Assembly: GCA_016176525.1 (NCBI GenBank)
Contig: JACOWZ010000003.1
Coordinates: forward strand, 459,357 to 523,356
Origin: Candidatus Colwellbacteria bacterium
Lineage (GTDB): Bacteria > Patescibacteriota > Minisyncoccia > UBA6257 > Colwellbacteraceae
DNA: 64,000 nt
Reading direction: 5' to 3'
Part shown: positions 8,544 through 17,876 of the stretch, piece by piece
Layout of the letters: the number at the start of each line of letters is the position of its first letter
Position numbering within the stretch: the first letter of the stretch is position 1
Notes under the pieces: generated by a model
The model's input: the letters and a program-made list of their open reading frames with translations, nothing else
What the model was told of the DNA's origin: nothing
The model's database searches: none
Translations under genes and position numbers: made by a program

Positions 8544-9950
8544 ATGGATAACAAAAGAGTAAAAGTGAGGTTTGCGCCAAGCCCAACTGGATGGCTGCAT
8601 ATTGGGGGAGCAAGGACCGCGCTATTCAATTGGCTTTTTGCAAAAGCAAATGGCGGTGAGTTTATATTGCGTATAGAAGATACTGACCGTGAACGCTCTA
8701 AAAAAGAATTTGAAGAAGGTATTTTAAGCGGCCTTAAATGGCTTGGTTTAGAGTGGGACGAGCTAATACGCCAGAGCGAGAGGAGAGAGGTGTATAAAGA
8801 ATATTTAGAACAACTAATAGCCTCAAAGGCGGCATATTATTGCTTTTGCACAAAAGAAGAGCTTGAAGGTGCGCGTGAAGGAATGGTGGTAAGCGGCTTA
8901 CCGCCAAAATACTCAGGGCGTTGCCGCGCACTCACGGATGCTGAAATTGAGGGGAAGAAACGTGCTGGCGCAAAAAATGTTATAAGGTTTAAGATGCCGG
9001 AGAAGAAAGTTATATTTAAAGATACAATAAGAGGGACGGTTACGTTTGATGCGGCTCTATTTGGCGACCAGGTTATAGCAAAGAGCTTAATAGAGCCATT
9101 GTATAACTTTGCAAACGTAGTTGATGATTCAGAGATGCAAATAACGCACGTTATAAGAGGGGAGGAACATCTAGCAAACACGCCAAGGCAGATTCTTATT
9201 GCTGAAGCGCTTGGGTTAGCTTCGCCAAGTTTTGCTCACATTCCTCTTATTCTGAACCCAGACAGGAGCAAAATGTCTAAAAGGTTTGCCGATGTTGCGC
9301 TAAAAGATTATATAAGCGGCGGTTATTTGCCTGACGCGATGTTTAATTTTTTGGCCTTTCTTGGATGGCACCCAAGAGAAGACAAAGACATTATGAGCCG
9401 CAATGAATTGGTTAAAGAATTCGAGCTTGAGCGCGTGCAAAAGGCCGGTGCAGTTTTCAATATTGAGAAGTTAAATTGGCTAAATAGCCATTACATAAAT
9501 AGACTCTCAAGTGAGGAATTTACCGAGCTTGCGCAAAAATATTTGCCGGACGACTGGAAGTTTACAAATACAATGGCCGAATCTGTGCGATCACGTGTTA
9601 AAAATCTAGGCGAGGTTAAAGATCTTGCAAGTTTTTATTTTAATTTGCCGAATTATGATAAAGCTATTCTTTTGTGGAAGAAAATGCCCCCAGCGGCAGC
9701 AGAGGCTAATTTAAGCAATATTGCGAAGATTCTAGAAGGCATTGATAATCTTAGTTTTACTAAGGAGAATTTGGAGAAGATTTTAATTGAAAAGACCAAG
9801 GATCTGCCTAAAGGCGAAGTATTCTGGCCGCTTAGAGTAGCTTTGTCTGGTGCGGAGAAATCGCCAACGCCCTTTGAAATAATGGAGGCGCTCGGCAAAA
9901 TTGAAAGTTTAGACAGAATAATGCGTGCTATTAATAAATTAAGGGAATGA
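8544..9950 (+). CDS. gltX: glutamyl-tRNA synthetase
   Basis: class I HIGG (PTGWLHIGG) and KMSKR motifs. Confidence 0.9.
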   Translation: MDNKRVKVRFAPSPTGWLHIGGARTALFNWLFAKANGGEFILRIEDTDRERSKKEFEEGILSGLKWLGLEWDELIRQSERREVYKEYLEQLIASKAAYYCFCTKEELEGAREGMVVSGLPPKYSGRCRALTDAEIEGKKRAGAKNVIRFKMPEKKVIFKDTIRGTVTFDAALFGDQVIAKSLIEPLYNFANVVDDSEMQITHVIRGEEHLANTPRQILIAEALGLASPSFAHIPLILNPDRSKMSKRFADVALKDYISGGYLPDAMFNFLAFLGWHPREDKDIMSRNELVKEFELERVQKAGAVFNIEKLNWLNSHYINRLSSEEFTELAQKYLPDDWKFTNTMAESVRSRVKNLGEVKDLASFYFNLPNYDKAILLWKKMPPAAAEANLSNIAKILEGIDNLSFTKENLEKILIEKTKDLPKGEVFWPLRVALSGAEKSPTPFEIMEALGKIESLDRIMRAINKLRE

Positions 9951-11269
9951 AACGTGTTACATTCATTGCATTATTCATAATAATTGCGCTTTTTGGCAAA
10001 TCTGCTATTACTTTCGCCCAAACCTCTGCTGATGATTTAAGAAACTCAATAAATGAGAAAGTGCGTGAACTTGAGGAGCTTAATGCTCGGATACAAGAAA
10101 CCCAGCAGACTTTAAATCTTGTTGCGGGGCAGAAAAGAACCTTAAGCACTGAAATACGCAGATTTGACCAGACTATAAATCAGCTTAGTTTGAACATTCG
10201 CGCAAGTGAGGTGAATATTGATAAACTCGGGCTTGAACTTGAAAAGCTTGGCATAGAAATTGAAGATATTGAGCGTGGCATAGATTCAAGAAAAGCTTCG
10301 ATTGCAAGCAGTTTGAGACTTATGCAATTGCGCGACAAAGATGGACTTGTTGAAACCGTGTTTAAGTACGATAGTTTGGCAGACGGCTTGGCTGAAGTAC
10401 AGGCGCTAAATGATTTGCGTAACACCTTATCGTTGGATGTTGCGTTTTTAGACTCACTACACAGTGATTTAACCGAGGCGGCACAACTCACACAAGCGAA
10501 AAAGTCGGAAGTTGAGCTGGAGAGAATGAATTTAAGCAAAAGAAAATCTATAGTAGACGACCAGCGCGATGATAAGGCAGTACTTTTAAAGCAAACCCAA
10601 AATAAGGAGAGTGTTTACCAGGCGCAACTTGCAGAGTTAGAGGGTGAGCAGAGGAAGATTGCAGAGGAAATAGACAGAATTGAGAGCGAGTTACGCGCGA
10701 AATTTGATAAGGCGCTGCTACCCACGCCTGCACCTGGGGTTTTAAGCTACCCAATTAAAGATGTGCGCATTACCCAGGGCTATGGTCCGGCGAGTGTGGA
10801 AACAAGGCGTTTTTACAGCAACCACAATGGAATTGATTTTGGCGTGCCAACGGGTACGCCTATTTTCGCGGTTTCGGACGGTTTAGTTATTGCAATGGAC
10901 AACAATGACATTGGCGCATGGAAAAACTATCAATATGGCAGATATGTTCTTATACAGCACGATAATAATCTTTCTAGCCTTTACGCCCACTTATCTGGGT
11001 ATGCTGAAGGCGTTGGTGTGGGCAGTAGAGTAAAAAGAGGACAGGTTATAGGTTATTCTGGCGGGGGCCGTGGGGCATATGGATCTGGAGTTTCGCTTGG
11101 ACCTCATTTGCATTTTACGGTTTATTATTGTGGCACTACAGGTTGGTTGAAGGGCACATCTTTAGATGTGTTGCAAAATTCTAACCTTTGCGGACTTGTG
11201 GCTAACTTTAAAAATGCGGCCGGCAGCGTGCCGATTGGGGCCCACATTGACCCCTCACCTTACCTCTGA
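9947..11269 (+). CDS. M23-family metalloendopeptidase with N-terminal signal peptide and long coiled coil (EnvC/murein hydrolase activator-like)
   Basis: coiled-coil N-terminal half; C-terminal half carries HNGIDF, D..H and HLHF M23 motifs; start overlaps the gltX stop (ATGA). Confidence 0.8.
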   Translation: MKRVTFIALFIIIALFGKSAITFAQTSADDLRNSINEKVRELEELNARIQETQQTLNLVAGQKRTLSTEIRRFDQTINQLSLNIRASEVNIDKLGLELEKLGIEIEDIERGIDSRKASIASSLRLMQLRDKDGLVETVFKYDSLADGLAEVQALNDLRNTLSLDVAFLDSLHSDLTEAAQLTQAKKSEVELERMNLSKRKSIVDDQRDDKAVLLKQTQNKESVYQAQLAELEGEQRKIAEEIDRIESELRAKFDKALLPTPAPGVLSYPIKDVRITQGYGPASVETRRFYSNHNGIDFGVPTGTPIFAVSDGLVIAMDNNDIGAWKNYQYGRYVLIQHDNNLSSLYAHLSGYAEGVGVGSRVKRGQVIGYSGGGRGAYGSGVSLGPHLHFTVYYCGTTGWLKGTSLDVLQNSNLCGLVANFKNAAGSVPIGAHIDPSPYL

Positions 11270-11312
11270 CCACAAAATAACCACGAGCTTTGTGGTCAGA
11301 GGTTATATTCCG
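11263..11312 (+). terminator. rho-independent terminator-like hairpin after the M23 peptidase gene
   Basis: perfect 14-bp inverted repeat CCTCTGACCACAAA / TTTGTGGTCAGAGG followed by a T-containing tail. Confidence 0.6.
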
Positions 11313-11337
11313 GGTTAGTATGGTATAATTTATAAAA

Positions 11338-11487
11338 ATGGAATTTCTCTTTGAGCTTTGGAACGACATAAAAAACTTGTTTGACCCTATTGTCGTAGTT
11401 GTAAAAGGCTTGTTTGCAATCTTAGCCAAGATCTTCTCTTTTTTTGCTAGTTTTATAACAAATCTACTCTCTGGCGGCGGCGCCTAA
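11338..11487 (+). CDS. small hydrophobic protein (49 aa), possibly leaderless
   Basis: ORF MEFLFELWNDIKNLFDPIVVVVKGLFAILAKIFSFFASFITNLLSGGGA; extended -10 TGgTATAAT ends about 9 nt before the ATG; no homology claim. Confidence 0.3.
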   Translation: MEFLFELWNDIKNLFDPIVVVVKGLFAILAKIFSFFASFITNLLSGGGA

Positions 11488-11494
11488 ACTTGGC

Positions 11495-11522
11495 TTGACA
11501 AACTTTTAAAAGAAGGTATAAT
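11495..11522 (+). promoter_or_regulatory. consensus sigma-70-like promoter (TTGACA-N16-TATAAT)
   Basis: exact TTGACA at 11495-11500 and exact TATAAT at 11517-11522; the GC-rich non-coding locus starts 2-7 nt downstream. Confidence 0.7.
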
Positions 11523-11523
11523 A

Positions 11524-12045
11524 GGGGACACTTATAAAGTTCTTTAGTATACCTAATTCGCAGCAGAAAAGAAGAGAGGATAGTATACGAATTACGACAC
11601 TTTGACTAGATAAATGAATTTACGAAATTGTCTTTTCTTTCCTGCTGCGGACAGGTTCTGTCTAGGGCGCATGGGTAACTAATCCCATCGCAAGCATCCT
11701 AGACAGGAATGTTTTTAAGACATCATAGCGAGCCGAGCGCGCTTTGGAGGGTTTCTAGAACTCTCTGGAGAAACAAGTACTCTGGCCTGATGGAATTGCG
11801 GGCTTTTGCGAGCCTGCGAAACCAATATCAAGGGATGTGATGTCGCCTGGGTGAACCGTAACGCCCTTGGTTACCCCAAACCCACGCTCGCGAAAAATTG
11901 CGAGTGTGGGATAGATCTTAATAGCCCCGTGGAGAGTTCTGTCTGTAAGTGCTTGCGCCGTGCATCCCAAATGACGGGCAGGTGGGGGTGCAGACAGACA
12001 GAATATCCCGGGGCACTTTACTTTTTATATAGTGTCAGAAAAGAT
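11524..12045 (+). ncRNA. candidate large structured non-coding RNA (about 520 nt) of unknown class
   Basis: no credible ORF on either strand; visibly higher GC than flanks; many hairpins including G-U pairs that only work on the + strand (GCGGGC/GCCUGC; CGCUCGC/GCGAGUG); 5' end GACACUUAUAAAG can pair with the 3' end CUUUUUAUAUAGUGUC. Confidence 0.5.
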
Positions 12046-12131
12046 ATATTGTGCGACGCTATATATTTTAAAAAGAAGATACTCCCCTGTGCAGATTTAT
12101 ATATTTATATAGGTTTGGTTTTAGCATATAA

Positions 12132-12899
12132 TTGTTTGTAATGCTAAAAAACGGCAATGGTGCAGCCAATTTTAAAGAATCTCACGGATATATTATTGAT
12201 GGAGTTTGGTATCCTAGAGTTACTAGTATTGTAAATATTAAAGCTAAGCCGGCCTTATATCGCTTTTATGGCTCGGTTCAGAGCTTTGCAGAGGGTGAAG
12301 CGATTAAAAACCGCTCTGCCGAAGAAGGCACTCTTATTCACGAAGCTGTGCAGAATTTTATGGTTGGCAAAGCTGTGTCGCCGGACCCGCGCACAGAGCC
12401 CTCTATAAAGGCATTAAAATCGTTTTTAGAGGCAAAGCATATCCAGTTTGTGCCGGAATGGATTGAGAGGCGTATTTTAAGCTTCAAAGAGAGATATGCC
12501 GGCACAATTGACGCACTGGCTTTAATAGACGGCAAATTCGGCGTTTTAGACATTAAAACCTCGCAAGAGATATATCGTGATTTCAATCTGCAAACTGCGG
12601 CTTATTTTGACGCGCTAAACGAAAGTGTTGAAGGACTCCAAACCCGCTGGATTTTACGCATAGACCAAGTACAGATGTGTTTAAGTTGCGGTGCAAAGCG
12701 GCGCATAAAGGGTGGCAGAGAGAAAATTCGCAACAATGGTGTTTATTGTAGGCATAATGAATGGTCGGAGGTTGTAGGCCAAGTTGAGTTAAAGGAATTC
12801 CCCCACTGGGCTGATGATTACCGTGCGTTTTTAGCGGCTAAAAAGTTGTGGGAGTGGGAAAACGAGAATTATTTAAAAGCTATTGGATATTTACGCTAA
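12132..12899 (+). CDS. PD-(D/E)xK nuclease superfamily protein (Cas4/RecB-like)
   Basis: D...D.K core (GTIDALALIDGKFGVLDIKTS) and a C-terminal Cys cluster (CLSC...C). Confidence 0.55.
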   Translation: MFVMLKNGNGAANFKESHGYIIDGVWYPRVTSIVNIKAKPALYRFYGSVQSFAEGEAIKNRSAEEGTLIHEAVQNFMVGKAVSPDPRTEPSIKALKSFLEAKHIQFVPEWIERRILSFKERYAGTIDALALIDGKFGVLDIKTSQEIYRDFNLQTAAYFDALNESVEGLQTRWILRIDQVQMCLSCGAKRRIKGGREKIRNNGVYCRHNEWSEVVGQVELKEFPHWADDYRAFLAAKKLWEWENENYLKAIGYLR

Positions 12900-13439
12900 C
12901 TTTTCTCCTGCCATAATAAAATATGGTGGAAAGTTTCTAAATTCTACAAGCAAGGAGATTTTACCGAAATAAGTTTCCATAATTCGCTTAACTAATGTGG
13001 AATATTGGAATACAACAAATCTCCCGTTATTATTTAGCGCTTTAAAAGTGCTTTCTATTATTTTATTTTTACTATCTAGATCCAAAAATGTGAATGGGAT
13101 GTTAGATATTACCATATGAATTTCTGGCAATCCCAAATCAGTAAGTTTAGTTAGCAAGCTCATTATATCCCCTTTTATAACAATAAGGCGTGAGTCTTTT
13201 ATTTTAAGGAGCTCTTTGTAAAAGTCATTATTTATTTCTATAGCTATTACTTTGCCGTCGGCTGGCAAGCGCTTTAATATTTCTCTAGTAACAGTTCCGC
13301 ATCCCGCCCCATATTCGACTATATATTTATAGGTGGGTTTTATAAAAGACAAGATTTTACCGATTGTATATTTGGAAGTTTCGGTAATTGCACCTACGCG
13401 CAAATCTTGTAGGGTGGCCTTAAAAAATTTCCAGCTCAT
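12891..13439 (-). CDS. class I SAM-dependent methyltransferase, small Erm/KsgA-like rRNA adenine methyltransferase fold
   Basis: motif I VEYGAGCGTVT and motif IV NIPF in the spacing of the KsgA/Erm family; lacks the C-terminal domain. Confidence 0.5.
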   Translation of the reverse strand: MSWKFFKATLQDLRVGAITETSKYTIGKILSFIKPTYKYIVEYGAGCGTVTREILKRLPADGKVIAIEINNDFYKELLKIKDSRLIVIKGDIMSLLTKLTDLGLPEIHMVISNIPFTFLDLDSKNKIIESTFKALNNNGRFVVFQYSTLVKRIMETYFGKISLLVEFRNFPPYFIMAGEKLA

Positions 13440-13660
13440 TACGCACGGCGAACTTCATATGCCCCCCCTTTGTAAATAAAAGTGTGCCGCCTGCCGTGGC
13501 TATCCGGCAATTCAATATTTTTTGCCATGCCGAATACGCGCACGCGTTCAAAAAGCTGCATAAACTCGCTTGCTCCCAGATTTCTTAGGGTTTTCATGCA
13601 CTCTGTAGAGTTGGCGTCGTATTGGATTTTATAGCCGTTTATTACTGTGGTGTTAGCCAT
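13439..13660 (-). CDS. small hypothetical protein (73 aa)
   Basis: ORF only; weak KTSC-like C-terminal YKGGAYEV; no confident family. Confidence 0.3.
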   Translation of the reverse strand: MANTTVINGYKIQYDANSTECMKTLRNLGASEFMQLFERVRVFGMAKNIELPDSHGRRHTFIYKGGAYEVRRA

Positions 13661-13662
13661 TA

Positions 13663-14244
13663 CTATAAATTCTGTTGTCTATTATATATGCCAATTAACT
13701 CTGTTTTCTCTATTATAGCACCCTCCATAGCGTGTTCTACTTCAGCTTTAGTTGCGCCTGCTTGCAGTTCAAGGACTTTGCCTAACGCAAAAATTCTGAA
13801 GAAATATCTGTGTTCTTTGTCTGGCGGGCAGGGGCCTGTGTATTTGTTCTCTCCCGCAGAGTTTGCGCCTTGCACTCCGGCAGGCGCTATCCCCTCTTCT
13901 ATTTGTATCGTCCTGGGTGGCATACCTGCCTGTACGGCAGGCATATTAAAAATAACCCAGTGGACAAATATTTCTATTCCGCGTGATTTTTTTACAAAAT
14001 CTGGTATGTCGGGGTCATCCATTATTAAAGCAAGTGATTTTGTCCCCGCTGGGACATCTGAGATTGTAAGCGGTGGAATTAAGTTTCCACCGTCGCAGGT
14101 ATACTTAGCCGGTATTGAGCTATTATGTGTAAATGCCTGGCTCTCTAACTTCATTGTGTTTTCTATTTTACCATCATATGCCGCAAAGCCAATAATAATT
14201 AGTAATATGACAAAAAATATAGTTAACAGTGGTTTATAGTGCAT
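13663..14244 (-). CDS. YbhB/YbcL-family PEBP protein with N-terminal membrane anchor
   Basis: KYTCDGGNLIPPL, DDPD.P, HWV.FN.P and GPCPP...HRYFF blocks. Confidence 0.75.
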   Translation of the reverse strand: MHYKPLLTIFFVILLIIIGFAAYDGKIENTMKLESQAFTHNSSIPAKYTCDGGNLIPPLTISDVPAGTKSLALIMDDPDIPDFVKKSRGIEIFVHWVIFNMPAVQAGMPPRTIQIEEGIAPAGVQGANSAGENKYTGPCPPDKEHRYFFRIFALGKVLELQAGATKAEVEHAMEGAIIEKTELIGIYNRQQNL

Positions 14245-14541
14245 TTATTTTGTTATAAAGTTTTTAAACTCCTTTAGATTATCATTATACTTAAATCCAA
14301 CGCTTTTTACTTGTGCAAGCGGCGAACCTTGGTGGCACCAGTCTATAAAGTTTTTTAAGTTTTCTTCTTCTCCTTCTGCCTCAATATAGACGGAACCATC
14401 AGGCAGATTTTCTGCAAACCCTTTAATACCAAGCTCTTCAGCGCGCTTTTGCGCAAAGTGCCTGAAGAAAACACCCTGTGCTTTTCCTTTAACAATTATA
14501 TCTATGTGTTTCATATATCTAACACAAGCGCTGTTTCCCAC
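14245..14541 (-). CDS. acyP: acylphosphatase
   Basis: V.GKAQGVFFR ... G.V.N..DGSV.IEAEG signature in about 95 aa. Confidence 0.75.
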   Translation of the reverse strand: MGNSACVRYMKHIDIIVKGKAQGVFFRHFAQKRAEELGIKGFAENLPDGSVYIEAEGEEENLKNFIDWCHQGSPLAQVKSVGFKYNDNLKEFKNFITK

Positions 14542-14882
14542 TCACCGTGCTTGTTTAGGTGCACATTTGCTTCGTGGTAGGTTACGGCCTTAATATTTTC
14601 TATAAATTTTTCTACTTTGTAGCCCTCTAAAATCGCTTCTATCTCTTTATCGGAAAATTTAAGGAATTTAACACGCGTATATATTTCTTTGTTGCTTTGA
14701 GCTAATTGCAAAGCTTCGTTTAAAAAGTCTACCAAAAGTGCCGTAGAGTCTGCGGATTTTACATATACAGGCTGTTTTAGGGTTACAGGTATGGCTTTTT
14801 GGGGATATAGAATTTGCATAAGCCCGCCAAGAGCCTCTCTAAACAGATCTTCTTTTGTGGGTGCTGTAATTTGCAGGCGCAT
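14511..14882 (-). CDS. archease-family protein (N-terminally short)
   Basis: C-terminal IKAVTYHEANVHLNKHGEWETALVLDI matches the archease C-terminus; the N-terminal HTAD segment is absent and in-frame stops lie upstream. Confidence 0.5.
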   Translation of the reverse strand: MRLQITAPTKEDLFREALGGLMQILYPQKAIPVTLKQPVYVKSADSTALLVDFLNEALQLAQSNKEIYTRVKFLKFSDKEIEAILEGYKVEKFIENIKAVTYHEANVHLNKHGEWETALVLDI

Positions 14883-15079
14883 TTTATTTCAGTTATTTAT
14901 TCTCTAGTTTCTATTATAATCGGCGCGTGGGTGTCTGACTTGCCGGCCTTGTACCCAAGCCCAAAGGCAAGAAAAACCAGTAGCGCGGCTGTAGCTATAG
15001 CAATATAAAATTCTTTCTTCTTAAATTTGACTTCGCTATCCATTTAGTCTATTATAACCAGAATTATATTTAGACAGAA

Positions 15080-15352
15080 ATGGCACATACAAAATCTGGT
15101 GGTTCAACAAAATTAGGTAGAGATTCACGGGCACAACGGCTAGGTGTAAAGGTTTATGACGGCGAGCCGATTAGCGCCGGAGAAATTATATTGCGCCAGA
15201 GAGGAACTAAGGTTATCCCGGGAACGAATGTTAGGCGCGCCGGCGACGACACTCTCTATGCCGCAAAGCAGGGCACAGTAAAATTCTTCTCAAAAAAGAA
15301 AACTCGTTTCGACGGCAACCGCCGCTACATTAAAGTTGTTTCTGTAGTCTAA
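15080..15352 (+). CDS. rpmA: 50S ribosomal protein bL27
   Basis: [23 protein letters not shown]...RQRGTK.IPG. Confidence 0.9.
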   Translation: MAHTKSGGSTKLGRDSRAQRLGVKVYDGEPISAGEIILRQRGTKVIPGTNVRRAGDDTLYAAKQGTVKFFSKKKTRFDGNRRYIKVVSVV

Positions 15353-15356
15353 TAAC

Positions 15357-15470
15357 TCACCAAACCCACAGTATCTCGAGTCACCGGCGTAAAATTCTTG
15401 CTGAATTTTCGCCTTCTTCTCGCGCCGTCACGCTCCGAAAATGACTCTCGACACAATGGGTTTGGTTCGT
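15357..15470 (+). repeat. copy 2 of the structured intergenic repeat
   Basis: about 95% identical to copy 4 and shares the core with copies 1 and 3; starts 5 nt after the rpmA stop, in a convergent gap before rplI. Confidence 0.8.
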
Positions 15471-15476
15471 AAAAGA

Positions 15477-15917
15477 TTAGGCCGAGACTACCTCTATTTT
15501 AACTTCTCCTACTACTCCCCTGCCTAGGTTTAATATAATTCTGTGAGTTCCGGTTGTTTTTATGTGGCCTTCTGGGAATTCTACTTCTGCGTTTTCCAGA
15601 CCAAACTTTGTGAGTCTATCTTTTATTTCTATATCTCTAATTGAGGCGAATAATTTGCCCTTATCCCCTACCTTTACTTTTATAACTATGGGTTTATTTT
15701 TTGTTTCTTCTTCTAGGGTTTTAAGTTTTGTGCGTAGTTCTTCTACCTCTTTATTAATTACCTCGCGCATATTAGCCACTTCTTTTAGCGCTGCACTGGT
15801 TGCGGGTTTAGCTAAACCTTTAGGTATCAGAAAATTTCTAGCATAACCGTCAGATACATTCTTAATGTCGTTAATTCTTCCAACTCCCTTTATATCTTTT
15901 TGTAATACTACTTTCAT
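15477..15917 (-). CDS. rplI: 50S ribosomal protein bL9
   Basis: [28 protein letters not shown]. Confidence 0.9.
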   Translation of the reverse strand: MKVVLQKDIKGVGRINDIKNVSDGYARNFLIPKGLAKPATSAALKEVANMREVINKEVEELRTKLKTLEEETKNKPIVIKVKVGDKGKLFASIRDIEIKDRLTKFGLENAEVEFPEGHIKTTGTHRIILNLGRGVVGEVKIEVVSA

Positions 15918-17137
15918 AATGATTGTTTAAGTATTTCCACGGCTTTGTCGAGTTGTGGATCTTCAACGGACTCTAAATCTTCTGGGGGTTCAACTGCGTA
16001 ATCGGGCTCTATTCCATGCCCGTTTATTACAGTGCCTTTTGGAGTAACCCAGCGCGCTATTGTAATTTTTAACGTTGAGCCATCGTGCAGATAATCCAAC
16101 TCTTGCACTGTGCCTTTGCCGAAGCTTTTTTCTCCTATTATCTTAATTCCGCGGTTATCGCGCAGAGCTCCGGCAAATATTTCGGATGCGGATGCCGAAC
16201 CCTTATTGATTAAAATTGTTACCGGAAAATCTTTAAATTCTCCATTCCTTCTGGATTTAAATTCAGTTTCTTTACCATCTGCAAATTGCTCCTTTACTAC
16301 TAGTGATTCTGGCTCCAAAAACCAGCCCGCAGAGGCTATTGAAACTTCCAAAAATCCGCCAGGATTATTGCGTAAATCCAATACTGCTCCCGTCGCCCCA
16401 TTTTTATATATATTTCTCATTGCCTCACCCAATAGCCGGTTTGTGTTCTCGTTAAAGCTGAAGATTTGCACGTGGTAGATGCCATCTCCGACCTCGGTGT
16501 ATTCAATGGTTGGCACTCTTATAAGGTCTCTTACTACTGTAAATTCCTGTGATCTATCCCAGCCATCTCTTATTATAGTGAGAGTTATTGATGTTCCGGG
16601 TTCGCCTCTTATTAATCTTACAGATTCTTCAACAGAGAGATCTACAGTGGACTCTTTATCAATTTCTAAAATTATATCCCCTGCCTTTAGTCCGGCTTTA
16701 TCGGCGGGTGTGCCCTTTAGTGGGGCGATTATCTGCAATCGTTTGTCTCTTATGCCTATTTCCATTCCAACACCGCCGAATATGCCACGGACATCTTCGC
16801 TGAATTTCTCCGCGTCGGACGGTTTCAGAAAAATTGTGTAGGGGTCGTTATAGGCGCCTGCGAGCCCTGATATCGCGCCGTATATAAGGTCTTCGGCGCT
16901 TACATCACCTCTGTCTACGTGGTGTTCTCGCAGTTCGTTCCATGCTTCCCAAAATATGCTGAAATCTGCATCTATATCTTCCGGTGTCTCTCCGCCTTTT
17001 ATCCCAGAGATTACAACATCTTTAGGGTTTTCAGTCCCTGCCTCGTAGCCTAAATTAAAAGTAAACCTAGCAACTAGTATTGTGAGCGCTAGTACTATAA
17101 AAAATAACCAGATACCTTTGTTTATCCTTTTTAGCAT
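15914..17137 (-). CDS. ctpA: carboxyl-terminal processing protease (S41) with PDZ domain
   Basis: PDZ block GDIILEIDK and S41 LDLRNNPGG motif; N-terminal TM helix. Confidence 0.85.
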   Translation of the reverse strand: MLKRINKGIWLFFIVLALTILVARFTFNLGYEAGTENPKDVVISGIKGGETPEDIDADFSIFWEAWNELREHHVDRGDVSAEDLIYGAISGLAGAYNDPYTIFLKPSDAEKFSEDVRGIFGGVGMEIGIRDKRLQIIAPLKGTPADKAGLKAGDIILEIDKESTVDLSVEESVRLIRGEPGTSITLTIIRDGWDRSQEFTVVRDLIRVPTIEYTEVGDGIYHVQIFSFNENTNRLLGEAMRNIYKNGATGAVLDLRNNPGGFLEVSIASAGWFLEPESLVVKEQFADGKETEFKSRRNGEFKDFPVTILINKGSASASEIFAGALRDNRGIKIIGEKSFGKGTVQELDYLHDGSTLKITIARWVTPKGTVINGHGIEPDYAVEPPEDLESVEDPQLDKAVEILKQSL

Positions 17138-17177
17138 AATGGAAATAATAACTTGTTTCTAATATAATATCAATTAA

Positions 17178-17453
17178 TTGGATTATATAGACAAGTTAAA
17201 GCAGCGAGCAAAAGAGTCAAAAGTTTATACCAAGCATCAGCTGGTTGGGCTTGAGCTTGCAGAGATTTTAGACGACGAAGAGCATAAATCTTTATATATG
17301 AAACTTGCTAAAACACACGACGCAGATAGATTGCTCAAGCTTGCAAAATCGGTTGCTGAGAATAAAAAAGTAGAAAATAAAGGAGCGTATTTTATGCGCG
17401 TTTTGGAAATCAGAAAAATAAAAGCGGCTTCTTCCGAAGAAGATAGCCGCTAA
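17178..17453 (+). CDS. hypothetical protein (91 aa, TTG start)
   Basis: ORF with native AT-rich composition; no recognisable family. Confidence 0.35.
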   Translation: MDYIDKLKQRAKESKVYTKHQLVGLELAEILDDEEHKSLYMKLAKTHDADRLLKLAKSVAENKKVENKGAYFMRVLEIRKIKAASSEEDSR

Positions 17454-17474
17454 TGGGGTTGCGGTGTAATTAAG

Positions 17475-17876
17475 TTAGCCGTCTACGATCTGTACTGCGT
17501 AGATGACGAACTTATAGTCCGCTTTGCACTTCAGGTAGAGGGCGTAGTCTTCGCCGGCGTACCACACCTTCACCTGCTGGTTGTTCTCGCTGGCGTTGCG
17601 GAGTGTGGACACGATTGCCTGTTCGTTGGGTCCCGTTGTTATGGCATATGTGTCCGTCGGCTGGCCGGCGGGCAGGTAGTGAGCGAACTGGACGTTCCAG
17701 GTCGGGCAGATGGTGCCGCTCGGCCACACCGTGAGGACGTGGTCATTGAAGTAGCAGTTCTCCTCGGCTTCTCCGCAGACGCGGCTGCCGACACGCACCG
17801 TCATTGAAGAGACGAAGGCGGTCAGAATGCCGGCGATGATGAGGACGCCGATTAGGACCTTGCCGGCGGTCTTCAT
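17475..17876 (-). CDS. small secreted Cys-containing protein (133 aa) of foreign GC-rich composition
   Basis: N-terminal signal/TM MKTAGKVLIGVLIIAGILTAFVSS; GC-rich codons (GGC/GCC/CTG/GAC) unlike the flanks; start overlaps the upstream lipoprotein stop (ATGA). Confidence 0.6.
   Translation of the reverse strand: MKTAGKVLIGVLIIAGILTAFVSSMTVRVGSRVCGEAEENCYFNDHVLTVWPSGTICPTWNVQFAHYLPAGQPTDTYAITTGPNEQAIVSTLRNASENNQQVKVWYAGEDYALYLKCKADYKFVIYAVQIVDG

Noticed and set aside
11524-12045. tmRNA (ssrA) as the identity of the 520-nt structured locus
   Set aside because: There is no tag-peptide frame ending in a hydrophobic Ala-Ala stop. There is no T-arm (GGUUCGANUCC) and no acceptor/CCA end complementary to the 5' GGGG. 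The region stays classified as unknown.
11755-12141. Tracked ORFs 11755..11970 (-) and 11806..12141 (+)
   Set aside because: They overlap each other on opposite strands inside the GC-rich structured locus and encode low-complexity proteins. They are treated as spurious.
12132-12899. CRISPR-Cas locus implied by the two Cas4-like nucleases
   Set aside because: No direct repeat-spacer array and no cas1, cas2 or effector genes anywhere in the window. Stand-alone PD-(D/E)xK nucleases are common.
8837-16841. Long antisense ORFs inside gltX and ctpA (for example 8837..9181 -, 16110..16478 +, 16479..16841 +)
   Set aside because: They lie fully within well-supported genes on the opposite strand and have no motifs.
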